This document shows positions 43,240-58,944 of a stretch of DNA of 64,000 nt, in pieces. The translations under genes and the position numbers were made by a program. The notes below the pieces were generated by a model, which had not been told where the DNA came from, made no database searches, and was given only the letters and a program-made list of their open reading frames with translations. This DNA comes from the human T2T-CHM13v2.0 reference genome, Homo sapiens. Position 1 is the stretch's first letter, and the number at the start of each line of letters is the position of its first letter. The stretch lies in the NCBI RefSeq assembly GCF_009914755.1, contig NC_060927.1. One strand, given 5' to 3'.

Positions 43240-44570
43240 CTGACTTGGACTGAAATTAGAGGTATTGATATAGGCATAGTTTCCAAGATATACAGATGGA
43301 TGAATGCAGAAAGACAGATGTATATGTTATTATCGTGGTACATGTGTACATGTGTTTATATTACATATTTACATTTTCTAGCTCTATCTGCTGAAGGTGC
43401 CTAGAAGCAATGAAATCTCAATCATAATGAGCACCCTAGCACCCATATTTTGGTTTCTAAACACTATTCTCCACTAAATGAAGCTAGAGGTCCTTGAAAA
43501 AAATGCACATGTCAGAAGTGGAGCAAGGACAGAAGATTAACCTGGAGTATCTTGTGCCAGGAAGTAGGAAAGTGCTCAAAACATGATGGGAACATGTCAA
43601 AATAACACAGGTTAAAAGCCTGAAAGAGCTCCATTGGGCCAAAACTTGGGACAATGTGACCACCAAATTATAAAAACTCATGAGTCCATATTGACAGAGG
43701 AAGAGACAGACAGATAAACAGATTAAATAGGGGAAAAAGGAATACTACTTCTTATAGCGGAAAGTCAACTAATGTGGAAGGATTGGAGTTAGAAAAATCA
43801 CCATTTGTCAATCATCACAATAACAGATTCAACCAAACACAGTCAATGGATGATAAAACCAGTGTGTGACAGTTTGAGGAGTAGCAAGACATTTACATAG
43901 CCTCAAAGCATCTACCTACAGGATAACTATTGATTATAAAGAAGAAAATGGTAACTTTATAGTGGAGACAGAGAGATACGACTTTAACCAAGTGGTTCAA
44001 GTTAACATAAAGGGACAACTTCACCTCATGTGAGACCTGTCATTATGTACTGAGAAGGACATGCTATCACTTCTGTGGTATTCTTGCCCAAAACGTATGA
44101 CCTGGATCCATCCATGAGGAAACTTCAAACAGAAATTAAGGGACAGTCCAGAAAAGATCTGGTTTGGAGTCTTTAAAAATATCAATGGTATGGAAGACAA
44201 AAACTGAGCAATTGTTATAAAGTAAAGGAAACTAAATAAATATGAAAATGGAATACAACCCATGACAGTGGTTTTATTTTGCTATAAAGGGCATCATAGG
44301 GACCATTAGCAAGATCAGAATAAATTCTGAAGATTAGATAACAGTTTTGTACCAACATGAATTTCCTGGTTTAGATTACCATACTGTTACATATGAGAAT
44401 GTCTTATTCCTAAAAAGTTCACACTGATCAATTTAGTGATAAAGAGTAGAGGAAGAAAAGAATAAAGTAAAAGTAGTAGATGTTAATATTTGGGGAATCT
44501 GGGTTAACGGTGTACAGAAATCCATGTCTACAAGTCTGAAATTATGTCGAAATGAAACATTTTTTAAAGG
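43240..44570 (+). mobile_element. Old L1 3'UTR (L1MC4-like)
   Basis: gcctagaagcaatga...gcacccatattttggtttctaaa...gaaagtgctcaaaacatgatggg...tcacttctgtggtattcttgccca. Confidence 0.75.
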
Positions 44571-46339
44571 GGAGTCTTCTATTACTTTATTTTTAAATAA
44601 ATACTCCAGCTTAATTCACATTCCATTTTGCAACTTTAGTGGGTCTCAGAACAGTATCTTCTCACCTAATAATCACAAGCAGTGAAATCTCACTTTGTTC
44701 CACCAAGTAGCCTGGCTCTGGGAGGGAAAGCATTGCTAATCCTTTCTAGCTGACCCTGTAACAAACCTTGTTAGCAATGACAGTCCAACTAAACCAAAAA
44801 TAAACAAAAAAAGAGAATGACCGGTTTACACAAAAGCCTTTGAGGTTCCACAGCTTCTGTAATCATATCCTCGGGTCTTCAAATCATAACACTTGCAAGA
44901 TGAATGCATATTTACAGAAGATTGTACGAAATAATGGTTATTGGGAATAGAGGGCTTAAGTCTCCCACTTTCATTGGATCCAGGGAATCAAGATTGCTAG
45001 CTCAAAGCAGAACAGCGTTTAACCCACGCAATCACTACACAGACTCATTTATCACCAAAGGCAAGCCTCCTGTAACACAAAAATGAGCTTGGTTCTCCAA
45101 GCCATATGGCTTGAAGACTGGCAAGAAATATAGATGTGGATGGCCTCTACAAGTCTTTGAGAAAGAATTTCAGTGGAGTTGCATCAGAGGAGTGTTTAAC
45201 TTATAGGCAAGCCATGACCAAAAAAAAAAAAAAAAGATGAAGAGAGAAATAATATATTGAACAGCACATGCCTCAAAGTGAATTTGCTGGTTTCTTAGTA
45301 GGCCTCAGTTTCTCGGTGTTTTCTCAGTGTGAGCATTTTGTCAAATGAGGTATTCACAGAACAATCCAAAAACTCCATATGACAGTCAACTGAGAAACAG
45401 TGAGGTGATCCAATGCTGTGCAAAACCAGCTGGCTGGACTTACGAAGAGATGGTATGTTCTCCACGTGTCACATCCCTAAGAGAATTTTGAGGGTAATAT
45501 TGATCTTATGTGATTTTTCACATTTTTGCCTTCTCCTAAATAACTTTCAGTAGAGTAAGATTGGCCTAAAGTAGACTCCAGAGTCCACAGAGAAAGGTGG
45601 TGTGTTTGTGGATGAGGAAATCTGCCTCAGTTGGATAACCCACACTTTGGGCACTGGGAAAATTTTTCCAAAGTTCTCAAACTATTTGAAAGAATATGAG
45701 CATAGTTCCTTTAAGAAATCTGGTGATATTAAAGTATAGGAACCTTGCATTGTCTTTAAAATATAGTTCAGACAGTAGGCTCAGAGGCAGAAAAACAAAA
45801 GGCACTGAGATATTTACAGTTTCGAATGAATATTAAAGACATCAGGGAGAAATTAAATTTAGTTTTCTAACTGCAATAAGTATATGCAATCAAAGGTGGG
45901 GTCGGAAGTTGTAAAAAGGACCAGGACAGCTCACAGGTAAGAGGAGTGCAGGGAAGACACAAAAAAATCAGAAGCCAATACTGAGTAAGTCAGAACTTGC
46001 TGAATCCTAGTACCAAATGTGAGATGGAATAGGTATGACCAAAGTCTGCCCAACAAGCCCAGGGCAGATGGACACACAGGATTCCAGGGGACAGCATGGG
46101 CCCTGCAGCCATGTGGGCTGGAAGGGCACTTCATCTAAGGGGGCCCCAGATTCCCAGCCACAGCCCCAGGACAGGCCAGCTCAGGCTTTCTTACCAGGCC
46201 TTGGGAGCACTCATGTAGGGAACCCAAATAGGGGACATCATGTAGGCAGTCTAGCTGGAAGAAAGGGATGTTGACATCTCTGTCCCTGAGCAACTCAATT
46301 CCTATCTCAAGGTTTTGGAATAAGTCAAACCTCTACCTC

Positions 46340-47585
46340 AGTGATTGTCCCTGATGTCCCTGTCACTCCCCAGTGGGAGTTTCAGCAATCTGCAGGGGCA
46401 TTTTTCACCATCACAACAATAGGGGTATGTGCCAGAGATGACACGAAGAATCTCCTGCAATGAAGAATGGTTCTGCCTCCAGCACAACTATCACATATCC
46501 CACCAGACAGTCATGAAGATAAAATAACAAGCTTTTTATAATTACCTGAGCATAGACCTAGCTCTGTTTTACATATAAACACAACAGAGTTTTTGGCAGT
46601 TTAAACATACACACATTGTACACCCACATCCACAGCAGCATTATTCAAGACAACCAAAAGGTTAAAGCAACCCAAGTGTCCATCACTGGGTGAATGAATG
46701 GACAAAATGTGGTAAATACAGACAACAGAATGTTATTTAGCCTTAAAGAGGAAGAAAATTATAACATGCTACAACATGTACGAACCTTGAGGACATTATG
46801 CTAACTGAAATAAGCCAGTCACAAAAGGCAAATACTACATGATTCCGTTTATAAATCAAATTCCTAGAGACAGAAAGTGGAATGGTGGTTTCTAGGAGTT
46901 GAGGTGGGGAGGGAGTTAGTATTTAGTGAGTGTAGAGTTTCAGTCGAGGAAGATGAAAAAGTTCTGGAGATGGATGGTGGTACTGGTTCTGCAACATAAA
47001 TCAATGTAGTTTATGCCACTGCATAACCATTTAAAATGGTTAAAATGGTAAATTCTGTTATGTATATTTTGCCACATGTATGTCTTGCCATATATACATA
47101 TACACACACGGACATTTCAAGAAATGCAACTCTTGTATAAATCAAAGCAACACTGTAGTTGCCTGTGTCAGAATTTAACCATGACCTGTTCACTACCATG
47201 GAAATTCACATCCTGTACGGCAAGGCCATTCATGGCGCCTGGGCCACCAGCAGATGCCTCTTGTATCTGGCAGCATCTGCAGCCACATAAGGTGCATCCC
47301 AGTGAGTCTACACAGATGTGAGAGCATCTGACAGTGCCATGGTATCTAATGTCACTGTGCCAGAACACTGGCATATTGATATATTTTATTATAAATTATC
47401 TTCCTTTGATTTTCTTTTATGCAACAGCCTATATATTTTTACAATTATTTGTGTATGTATGCATATAAATGTTACTTGTAAATTTCATTTCACCACAGTA
47501 TTGGTGGAATTCCAAAATATTTCTTATAAAAAAACAGGGAGGAGCTGGGCTGGCACCGATGTGGGTAAGAGCCGCTGCTCTGGTC
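46340..47585. mobile_element. hAT-Charlie element (MER20B-like) split by an L1MB insertion
   Basis: Starts cagtgattgtcc and ends gtaagagccgctg. MER20-like internal motifs on both sides of the L1. Confidence 0.55.
46616..47080 (+). mobile_element. L1MB 3' end
   Basis: gcagcattattca...caacccaagtgtccatca...gaaccttgaggacattatgctaa...ggttaaaatggtaaatt. Confidence 0.9.
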
Positions 47586-47779
47586 TCAGAGAACAGATAC
47601 CATTAAGAGCAGAGGAACTCTGCAGCAAAGAAAAGACTCAATTAGTATCTCTGGATTTAATAATACCCCTTTGCAAGAATTAAGGGTCTTACGGTGAAGA
47701 TCTGGTGGTGGTTTGCCCATTCCCCTGAAAAAGAAGACATCTGGTGGAAAACTAGAGACTTTGACTCTTCTTAGTAATG

Positions 47780-47781
<2 letters not shown>

Positions 47782-47849
<68 letters not shown>
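47782..47849. repeat. Compound (CA)n(CT)n microsatellite
   Basis: Directly visible. Confidence 0.98.
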
Positions 47850-47852
<3 letters not shown>

Positions 47853-49762
47853 ATAATCACATTTATGCCTCCTGGTAATAAACTCAGACGCAGATGAGGT
47901 AAACCAGAGAACATATTTTCAGTCATGGGAATCACTGTATCATGTCAAAAGAGATTAGAATTTGACTGCAAAAGGCACAGTGTTGTCAATTGCAATTATA
48001 CATATATCGTTTCTCTATTGTGGTCATCCTTCTTTCCATCTCAACACTACATGATTAATATTTTACATACTGTCCAAAATAGGAATGTGACTTACCAGAA
48101 ACCGTACTCAACATTTCAAATACAGATCATCCTTTGCCAAGAGAAAATCCTGCCCAGCTGTAGATTTCTCATTTGCAAAACACAAGAGCAATGAAATTCC
48201 ATTACTTAGAGAAACTGGCTGTTCCACCAAACCCTTGGCAACGGAAGCTGTACTTATCTTTTTGAACAATAGTCTCAGAAAATGTATTCACTCTCAAAAA
48301 AGACAGTAAGTAACGCATTTGAGCTCTTAAGAAAGCACTCTTGCCCAAGCAAATTCCTGTTAGGGAAAATCCAGTCTCCTGACCTGGGAAGTACAAAGAC
48401 TGACTCTAAACCATGCAGCAAAAAAAGCTCCAAGTTTAAGAACCCTTCAAACATTCAAAGGGGATGCAACAATATTAATAATGTCCTTAAAACAAAATCA
48501 AGTATCATTTTAGCATGTAAGTTAGCACATCACACTCCCTCCGAGGAGGGAGCCTTACACCCTAACTAGTTCAGTTTGCTTTCCCTGTGAGATTTAACTG
48601 TGTATTTTCCTGAGGATTACAAATTATCCTGAAGCATACTGCACGTTGCAGAATGTGTCCAGATGAGACTGGAAATGCAAGACTTTGTTCTCTGTCTTGC
48701 TGAGGCTCCTTTCCCCAGGAGAAGCCTGTGGCCACATTCCAGTGAGTGATGTGAACTTCACTTATGGCTTAGCTCGTGGTCCTAGCTCCCACTCAGTCCT
48801 AAATTTTGAAATAGGCCATGAAAATACTCAGGAAATACAGACATGATAAAAATGCATGTGGAAAACAAACACCCACTGGTATCGGTGCTGTTTTTCTGGT
48901 TTCTTCTATTTGCACTATATTACGGCTGTGGCCCATGGGTGAATTTCTTGTGGGGTCTGGCATATCATCGTGGATTCTCAAATTTACTTTTTGCCTAATA
49001 GGAAAGCCAATCAATTTAGCCCATATGTGTATCCATCCAAAGAGCTATGAAAATGGTCAAAACACCAGTAAAAAATTACTCATTTATATCAAACTTTGCA
49101 ACAAGAGCCCATATGAGAAGGCAACAAATCATTCTCTCCCTTTTAGTGACTCAGAGCATCCTAGAACACTGCAACCCTGTTACAAAGTGTTGTCTGGTGG
49201 GGCTGAGAGATCCACTTCCCCTACATGAGTCTACAAACCTGCTGTATAAAAGTTTGAAATGATGAATGACGAACTGAAAATGGAGTAAGTGATGATATGT
49301 GAACCCTAATATCAACCTCTGCCTGCAAATCCCTGGGCAATCAGGTTGTACAACTAACAACAGGCAAAGACGACAAACGTAACAGAGAGAACAATGCATT
49401 TGTAGAAATAAGTGTGTGCTGTGTGAGCTCTGAGGACATTAGAATGACTCCAAAGCTGACACAATTGTACCCTGGTAATCAATATGAACAGGGTGCACAA
49501 TTTGTACAACAGGGTTCGTTCATCTGGTTCTAACATCCAACTCTTCAACGGTTTTCGCGCGAAACTGTAACTGATGCATACGAAACAGATTGAGGTCCAC
49601 ATGAAAAAAGCCAAATTGTGAACATTCCACTCATAATCTGGCTTTTCTACATTTAACAAAAATTTAACACCAAGGCAATCAACACTCAATCTGGTCCCAC
49701 ACAATGGGAAAAGTGTGACTCCCGCTCAACCATCTACCACTTTAGGCCTCCCTCCCCAGTCA

Positions 49763-50122
<360 letters not shown>

Positions 50123-51353
50123 TCAAACCACACCAAAGGACATAAAATGATGCATCCCTGCCATCTCCAACCCATTGTCCTTCTTCCCCCGCCTATGGTA
50201 GCTATTTGACTTTATGCATCCTTTTGAAAACATTTTAACACATCATATTCCTAAATATGCATTTGTTCCTTTTTGCATACAAATGTGATTATGCTAGTCT
50301 GACTCTTATGTCCTTGCCTCTCTCATTTAACTCTAAAAATCATGAAGATCTTCTGCTACCAATTCGTGTCTGCCTTACTTCTTAAAGTGACTGAACAGTA
50401 TCCAACATGAGGCTAATAAACACTGTTTTCATTTGCTGTGATTAAACAATGCTGTGATAATACTCTCCTACTTGTATTTTAAATTATCTTTGCTATTATA
50501 GTTCTAGGGCAAATCCCTAACAATGGAACTGTTGGGTAAAAGGATATGTACATTTCAAAGATATTGCCAAATGGCTTTTCAGAGAGTTTATACTTATTGT
50601 TCATTAGACAGAGTGTTTTCCCACATCCTCATTTGCACAGAATGTTATTAAACTTGTAAATATCTAATAATTTGACTGTGAAAACAGATATTTTGTTTTT
50701 GTTCCGATGCACTACCATCACTCTAGTCCTAATAAATTCTGATCTCCGACCTCCTTGAATCTCTTTAGATCTTTGAATTAAATGTTAGAACTAAAACTTT
50801 CTGGGAACGAAGACAGCTCACTGTTCAAACTCCTTCCTTTCCTTAAAATCAAAAGGCTCCAACAAGCTCATAAAAAACCCTCACAGCTTGTTCACGAACT
50901 TCTTTTCAAACAGCACTGCAATGAATTCTCTCCAAGTGTACGGATTAAATTTCTAGTGATTAACAGATGGATTTATAAATTAAATGGCACAAGCATGTGA
51001 TATTTCCAAACAAAATCATTTGAAATGTAAGCTCAGAATGTTCCACAAAAACTCCAAAATCTAGTCATGGTAAATTCCTTGCCGTATGTCATTAGAAGAT
51101 TTATTTCAATAACAATTACTCTGAATACAAATACATAAAAATTCCATTTGTTAAAAATAACTCTGCAAATAAAACATTTTCCACTTTAAACAGCAAAAAA
51201 CAAAACCAAAAAACAATCCCTATATTCTAAAGGGGGAAGGAAACGACTTCAAGTGTGATTCAGTCTACCCCTTCAAATGCAACAGCAATAACTAAGCTTG
51301 GAAAAATGTACATTTCTCAGTCCTTCTCTCCTTCCTTCTTCACACTTCCCCAA

Positions 51354-51362
51354 ACACACACA

Positions 51363-51393
<31 letters not shown>
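51354..51393. repeat. (CA)n microsatellite, one interruption
   Basis: Directly visible. Confidence 0.97.
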
Positions 51394-51394
<1 letters not shown>

Positions 51395-51769
51395 GAGTAA
51401 AATGTTATATGATTCACCAAAAGAAACCAAAATCACAACCTAAAATGAGCATTAAGTGTTTTTCCTGACATTTATCCCCACATGACAAAGATATGTCTCT
51501 AACTGGCATCTGGATTCCATCAACGCTCTTCCAAGAGAAGGGTCAGGGAGCCTGTGGGTGCTGTGTAGGATCATCTATCCTCAAAAGGCATCCCTGCCTA
51601 GCATCACAGTGCTCTGCACAGACCTCCTGCACACTAACCCTTTACCATCTGAATACCTCTGTGCCTCCTTCCTCTCTCACGGCAGCCTTACTGAGGCACT
51701 AGTCTGAACACATCCGTGTAGCTCCCTACATGCACACCTGAAATATATGTATAAAGCTGCAAAGCAGCT

Positions 51770-51990
51770 TCCTTTACTGAGCACAAACTAGGTACCAGGT
51801 ACATAGTGAGTGCTCTATGTGCACTGTTTAATCCTCACAATAACCACAAGTGGTAAGTACTATTATTACCCATTCCACAGGTGAAAAACCTGAGACTGAG
51901 AGAGGTTCGGAAACTCATCCAAGGTCACACAGCTAAAAAGTGGTATGGCTCAGTTTCAAACTGAGGCGAAGCGGATCCTCTTGCACATTA
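51770..51990 (-). mobile_element. MIR
   Basis: tttaatcctcacaataacc...tattattacccattccacaggtgaaaaacctgag...ccaaggtcacacagct. Confidence 0.88.
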
Positions 51991-52423
51991 CATGCTCTGT
52001 GTGCAATATTGTCTCCCACTGAGAAAACTCAAAACACACAGGAATTCAGAAGTCCAACATTTCAGGCTATGGAATATTCCACTAGATGAACTTGAAGAGT
52101 CTCAATGGACCACAAAAGATTTATGAACAAGCTTGAGTTCCCTAAGAGGTGATGTCAATATATCAAATGAAAAGAGATCTGTGTTTACTCTGATTTAACC
52201 ACTTTGCATTTCTTGGCTGGAGAGAAAGAGGGAGATAGGGGATAGGATTTTGGCTTTCGTTTGTTTTGCAAAATACCACATTGCACATAAGTAATAACTC
52301 TTAAGGAGTACTAGAAAGTTCAAGCAAAAATCAGAGAGGAAGAAGCAAGAACAAACACCAGCAGTGAGATTAAACTGAGACAGTGGTGAGGGGTGGGGAA
52401 GGATGCAAAAAGCACATAAAGCA

Positions 52424-52721
<298 letters not shown>

Positions 52722-55049
52722 TTAAAAGGCATCTCTTTATTCTTAGTTTGTTTGGCTCCTCTCCTAAGAGAGTTAGTTACAGCTATTTATCAAGGTGAAC
52801 TAATATGACTTGGAATTTATTTTGTTTTGCTGCCTTGAGTAAGAGAGAAATGAAAGGGGATTGTTTTCATAGCAAGGGTACCTAACGATAAAGTACACTT
52901 CCCAAAGGCTTAAGTGAGAGGTTTGATACAACAGACTAGCTGCTGTTTCTTTAGGGTTATGAGGACTAACAAATGAATGATATGATTTTGCTAAGAGTAT
53001 TGCATACTGATCATGCAATGAAAAGCCTTATGTCAGAGCTATGGCTGGGCTATTTCACAACCCAACCAAGCATCTAACACAGGAATTCCTTGGGAAACAC
53101 AGACATCATTTGTACTGTATTCTTCTAGTAACTAACAACGTGTGTGCATTGTTGCTCATCTTGGCTTTTTAGCATGTACTCAATGACCTGCCAGATTTTC
53201 CAGGCAACAGTGCAGAATACATTCAGGTTTCATGATGCTATTTCTGCTAATCAGGGCAAATTTTGAAAAACACTATGGCAAACACATGCACATGGAATTA
53301 AATTTTCCTCTGGGGACCATGCAGGCAGTTCTTGCAAAAAGACCACATAAATTGAAAATACTAATGCAAGCTACAAAATCAGGTCTGGCTTGTACTTAAA
53401 GCACCTTTTGTAAAAAAGAAAAAGAAAATAACTTAGACATGCTCTTTGATAAGCACAGGGAAGAACTGTATTCCAGTGGGGTTGGAATGTCATTTTGCAC
53501 CTGGTGAGTGTGGAAACTGAACACCATCTTCACTGGCTTTAACACAGTAGGTTTCCCAACAATCACTTGGCCACAGGCCTCTCCATTTTGAGCAATTTCC
53601 AACAGTAGGCTTTGGTGTGGTTTAGACCTGGGGCAGGGAATAGGTCTTCTTGGTTTGGGTTCTTTTGTTTGCTATAGCTTGTGAAACACCTAATTGTGAA
53701 GTGAATCTTAATTTATTAAAGTTGTTTCTCAAAACTGGTAACAAAGGGTGGAGGAATAATTATGAATGTAAACAAGGAACAGCCAACTCATCTGTGCTAA
53801 ATGGCAAAACATGTTCTTGATGGTAAGTTGTAGAACATGGGCTCATGTTCTGAACCACGGGCTCAAGTCTGACCCTGCTGCTTCCTGGAGCCAAATGTCT
53901 AGATATTTGAGTGCAGTTTGCTCCCTCAGTCCCTCCGAAGGCTGGAGAGTACGGAGGACCCCTGGCAGCAAGGACTAAATCAGAACAGCACATGATGACA
54001 TGCAGCCTGGGATCTCAGACAACTGGTAAAAGGAAAAAATAAAAATATACCAACCTCACGCGGTTCTATAGTTTTTTAAGAATTCCACAGAGCGAATGCA
54101 AGAAATACAACCATGTGATGACATCCCTGGGGCTCAATAAAGTGGGAATTATCCCTGTCCCCATCTACCTTCATATTTACAATTTAGTCTCACCATTTAA
54201 AATGTTCTTTTTTATATGTATGTTTGATAAGACAGATAATGTTCATCATTTTAACAACTGCAAACACATAATTAAGTTGTTGTTTCTTATAATAAGCCAT
54301 TGTTTGTTTCTTTTTGAAACTGCGGAATGGGCTAAAAGCAAAGGGAATTTAATCATAAATCTCTTTGTGTCATTCCCTTCAACTGAAGCCATGTGTTGGC
54401 CACTCCCGCCCTAGGTAATTTAAATCCCAGACTCAAGACTTAGGCCCTTTGGGGTCAAGCCCTTGTTTTCTTCACCAGGCCTCTTTCTGGCCACTTCCCT
54501 GCCCATCCCTCAACTCTTTCCACACTCTGCTTACTTGCAGCTCCCCCAGTTCCCAACTCTGTTCCTGCTCCAGGCCTTGTATGAGCGCCAATCCCCACCC
54601 CTGCAAAACCCCAGCGTCCAACCGCTTTCTTCTAGCTCAGGGGTCTTCACAGGTGAATGCGTGTAACACAATGCATTGGAATGGCAGGAGAACATACTTC
54701 ACATTTTCTTCATAGTCATATTTTAATTTCATTATTTAAAATACTCCCTTTTGTACGTAACTTTTTATAAGGCACATAATGTATTCGTTTGGTACTGTGT
54801 ACACATTATATATACAAATAAAATATGGTCCTCTGATCTAGCAAATTCCTGTTCAACCTTCTGAACTCAGCTCCAACGGCCCCTCCCCAGGACACCTCCT
54901 CCCGCAGGGTTAACTCATCCCAGGGCATCATTAGCTGTGGGCAGGCACAGAGTACATCAATGAGAGCAGTGCTATGCTCTCCCAACTCATCAGTCTCTCC
55001 ATCTGGAGGTGAGCTCCATGAGGGCAGGGCACACACTATTCCTATCTGG

Positions 55050-55350
55050 ATGGCTGGCATCTTCTCGTCCTTTAGGTTTCTGTTTACTACTATCTCCTCT
55101 TGTCTTTCCTGATAACCCAAGCTAATGATACCCTTTGCTTCTTGGCTGGTATCTGCCATGTGCCATCCTCCCTTTTTTTTTTCCTTCATCATACTTCTTC
55201 CAATCCAATCTCTAATTATTGTATTCACTTGTTTCTTGTCTGACATCCCCACCAGGACTCAATGACCACAGGGCCTCAGTCTTTCTGGCCTCCATTGTAT
55301 CTCCTGGCCCTTAGCAAACAGCCTATGTTCAATACTTATTTGTTGAATGA
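55050..55350 (+). mobile_element. L2 3' fragment
   Basis: cattgtatctcc...ccttagca...ttcaatacttatttgttgaatgaa. Confidence 0.6.
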
Positions 55351-56076
55351 AAGATTTTTGTTTTCTTTTCCTTTAACTACTTTCCTTTTAAGCTAATAAA
55401 CAAGGAGATGGTCAGGAAAAGAAAAGGGTAAAGGATGGGACATATTCAGATAATCCCCCTTGAAGTGTGAGATTCTGAAACACATCCACTGCTACTCTCT
55501 GGAGCCCGTTCTTTGAACATTTTCCCCATAATTAAACTGGCAGATTTGAATTCGGCCTCTTCTTTCTAGAGGAGGGTCTGCTGATGAATGTGGTGGTCAA
55601 AGAGCTGCAGTGGGAAGAGAAAGCAAAGGGATGCAGTCACCCACAAATTAGAGAATTGTCTCTGACTAATGAACAGCTGACAGAGCAGAACTCAAGATCA
55701 GGCTTCCAGTCTGGAGCACCACACTCCAGCTCGGTCTAGGACGGTGGCTGGTTACCCAGTTCCAACTGCACACATCTCACGCAACTTCATTCAGCCCAAC
55801 TGCTATACAAACAGAAATGTACCCCCTAACAAAAAAAGAAATGCACCCCCAAAACCAAACAGTTTAAATTAGCTGTTATATTACTAGGCCAATGCTGTTT
55901 TAGGAGACTACGCAATAAAAATCCCTAAGTGTGAAGATGTTAGACAGCCAATGAACCCTCTAATGACAGAGAGCAGAATGAAGTGAGCAAAGTTTCCTGC
56001 TCCTCACTGTCCCCTTCAAACCTTGACCTCTCTTTCCAGCTACACCAGGAAAAGGAAAAACACATTTTAGTAATTA

Positions 56077-56196
<120 letters not shown>

Positions 56197-58344
56197 TTAT
56201 TTACCAACAGGGAATAGATGGTAGGAATTTTCCTTCTATCTAAGTGTACTCAAGGACTACTCAGCTAATCATTACAAATCCTGTTATCTCTTGGGAAGTT
56301 TAACCAAGGAAACTTCTGGAACCCAATCTGAAATTCTGTCTTGTGTTTAAGGGCTTATAAACATTTCTAGATACCATCTAACCCTGGAATGACCACCTAA
56401 GAATGTCTGGAGATGTCCAGACATGCCCAATGAACATTTTCTATGAATGACACCTTGGTCTGCAAATGCATCTTTCTTTTGACCGGCCCATCGTACGCAG
56501 GCTGTCTAGACGGCTACTTTCTGTTTGTTTCTCAACCATTCTCAACAGCAGCATTCATGTCATGTCATGAAAGGTTCAAATAGCAATTCTTTCGGAAGTG
56601 TGAGTGCATGCATGGCCCATCAATAGCCATCTCTGTTTGGGAGACTTGGGGAAAAATAGTGCATGAAAAGTGAGATGCAAACACACACAGAAAACAAAAA
56701 ATCCTGAATCTTACTGAAAAGGGGGAGGGGGCATTTTCACAAAGTAATTACTGTCCAATCCACACGAGACGCAGAGCTGTTTAACAGAAAGCACTCTGTT
56801 TAAGGCTGGTCAATGTGACCTTTAAATCAAAAAAGTAGAAGTGACCCAGGCAGGTCACAGAGCATAGTGTTCGACAGTCAAAGGCAACAGAGATGCCAGG
56901 GAGAGTGTTCTCAACTAACACTCTCAAGTGACAGCAGACAGATAAAAATAGATTTAACCTTATGTGAAAACTGTCACGTAATATTCTTTGACATAAACAT
57001 TCAACTCGCTGATACACCTTTGACAGTTTTCAATTATATGGATGATATGCAAAACATCACAGCCTGTGTACTGCCTATAAATCGGCATTTGCTTCACTTA
57101 ACGTTTTCTATTTAAACATGGTAGTATTCAAATGTGGTATTTCTTTTAAATATAAAATATTTAATAAGCTGTTTTAAACATAACACTGACAGCTTATGAC
57201 AAGAGAGATTTTACTCTGACATTTTTGCTTTCTGTTCAAACTTTTGTCTTCTACCTTTTCTGGGGAAATAAATGGCCACATTGGAAAGGCATGAATGCAA
57301 CTCTCTGACTCAACCACACTGGCAAAGGAAAGTACTGTTTCTACCTGCAGTGCCCTGTGAGTTTTCTGGAGCACCGCTTCATTTATTGCTATGGCTGTCA
57401 ATGTGCAACTCTGGTTTCACATTTTGCCAGGAGAACTGTGCCCAGTAGAGCTAAAAAAATATTACGAAAGATCAATGGGCTTCACCATGTAGAATTATCT
57501 CCATGCTTAAAGTCTTAATAACCACAACCCCTTTCTCACGAGTAGTTATTATACAACCAAATTAAAGACATTTTCAGAACTTTCTTGTGAGCCTCAACAT
57601 CAATTAGAAATACACTGTAAAAACAAAAATGACAATTTATTCTGAGAAAAAGATACTCTGTTTCTGATGAAAGAACTAGGTGTCCTATAAGGACAACACA
57701 GCATTCATTTCTTAAGAGTCACTTACTCAATATATAAAATACAGAATTATATATAAAAAAGAAGCTAGTCTCTATCAAGTTACTGTACCCAACGAAAAAC
57801 AGCAGAGCCTCTTTAATGACAGGCTATTGGTTTTTAAAAAATGTTCTGACAAACAGCACCACCATCAAAAGCATCTATCAACACTATCCCTCTTTATAAC
57901 CAATTTGAACTGTAACAAGTTAATAGGCAATAACTTTCACTGCTCTAAAAGAAAATCCAGAATCAACCTAATAGTTTTGAGATATAAACATGATTTTCAA
58001 ATTGAAACAGTTTATGTCTTTCTACTTAGGACGCTGAAAATCTCACTAAGTCCATTTCTTACTTTGCTATCTTAAAGGGGTGAAAAGTTAGAAATACATG
58101 GGAATTTGGCAAGTTATCTTACATATCTTACATGTCTGGCTTTCATAATTAATCAATGATAGAAACTGCACAGTTACACAGTAATCCAAGGCAGATGGCT
58201 TTAGTTTGACAATCTCAAGTGATGCACAAAGAATAATGCACAATCATATGATTTAAAAGATTGGTCTTCAATCTACTGTGTGATAACCACTTATTCAAGA
58301 AAAAAAGAAGAAGAAAATAATCTTATTACATTGCATTGACAATG

Positions 58345-58570
58345 ATAACAGCTAACATTTACTGGCTGCAAACTATGTGCCAGAAACTATACTGACAATA
58401 AAGTGCTTTATTTCATTTTTTAATCCAACCAATCTTAAAAATTGCACTATTACCATCCTCATGATATAGGTGGGAAGACTGAGGTAGAGTGATTAAGAAA
58501 GTTGTCCCATGCTAAGGAGCTAGTAAAATGTTGAGCTGGGATTCAGACCCATACTTCCCAATCCTACATC
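58345..58570 (-). mobile_element. MIR
   Basis: agctaacatttactg...actatgtgccag...gactgagg...gagctgggattcagaccc. Confidence 0.8.
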
Positions 58571-58772
58571 TTCATTACACTTCTATACTACTCTCTTTCT
58601 GTGTAGAATATAAAAAATAATTCCACATGGGTTAGCAACATCTTAGGTCCTGTTCAAGATGGTTTTATTGTTGAAATTCCAAAAAAGAACTTATCAAAGG
58701 AAGGCTTACCCAGGAGGCCAGTATCAGAACAAAATTCCAAACTGTTTACTGAACTATTTATCTCCAAAGGAA

Positions 58773-58944
58773 CCAATCTGAGATGTGTGAAGACATCTAA
58801 GTCCAGCCCTGACCTCAGAGATCTCTCCCAAGGGACAATTAAGACACTGTCTGAAATACAACATTCCTCAACCAAACAGCATCTTGCAAAGAATGTTTCT
58901 GAACAACTAAGCTGACCTTCTATGCTTTCTTGCCAGATGCAATG
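58773..58944 (+). repeat. Inverted repeat arm A (partner 60057-60227)
   Basis: Manual alignment to the reverse complement of 60057-60227: ~19 substitutions and 5 gap nt over ~174 columns. Confidence 0.95.

Noticed and set aside
56403-56424. 9-bp perfect hairpin atgtctgga-gatg-tccagacat
   Set aside because: A few stems of this size are expected by chance in 64 kb.
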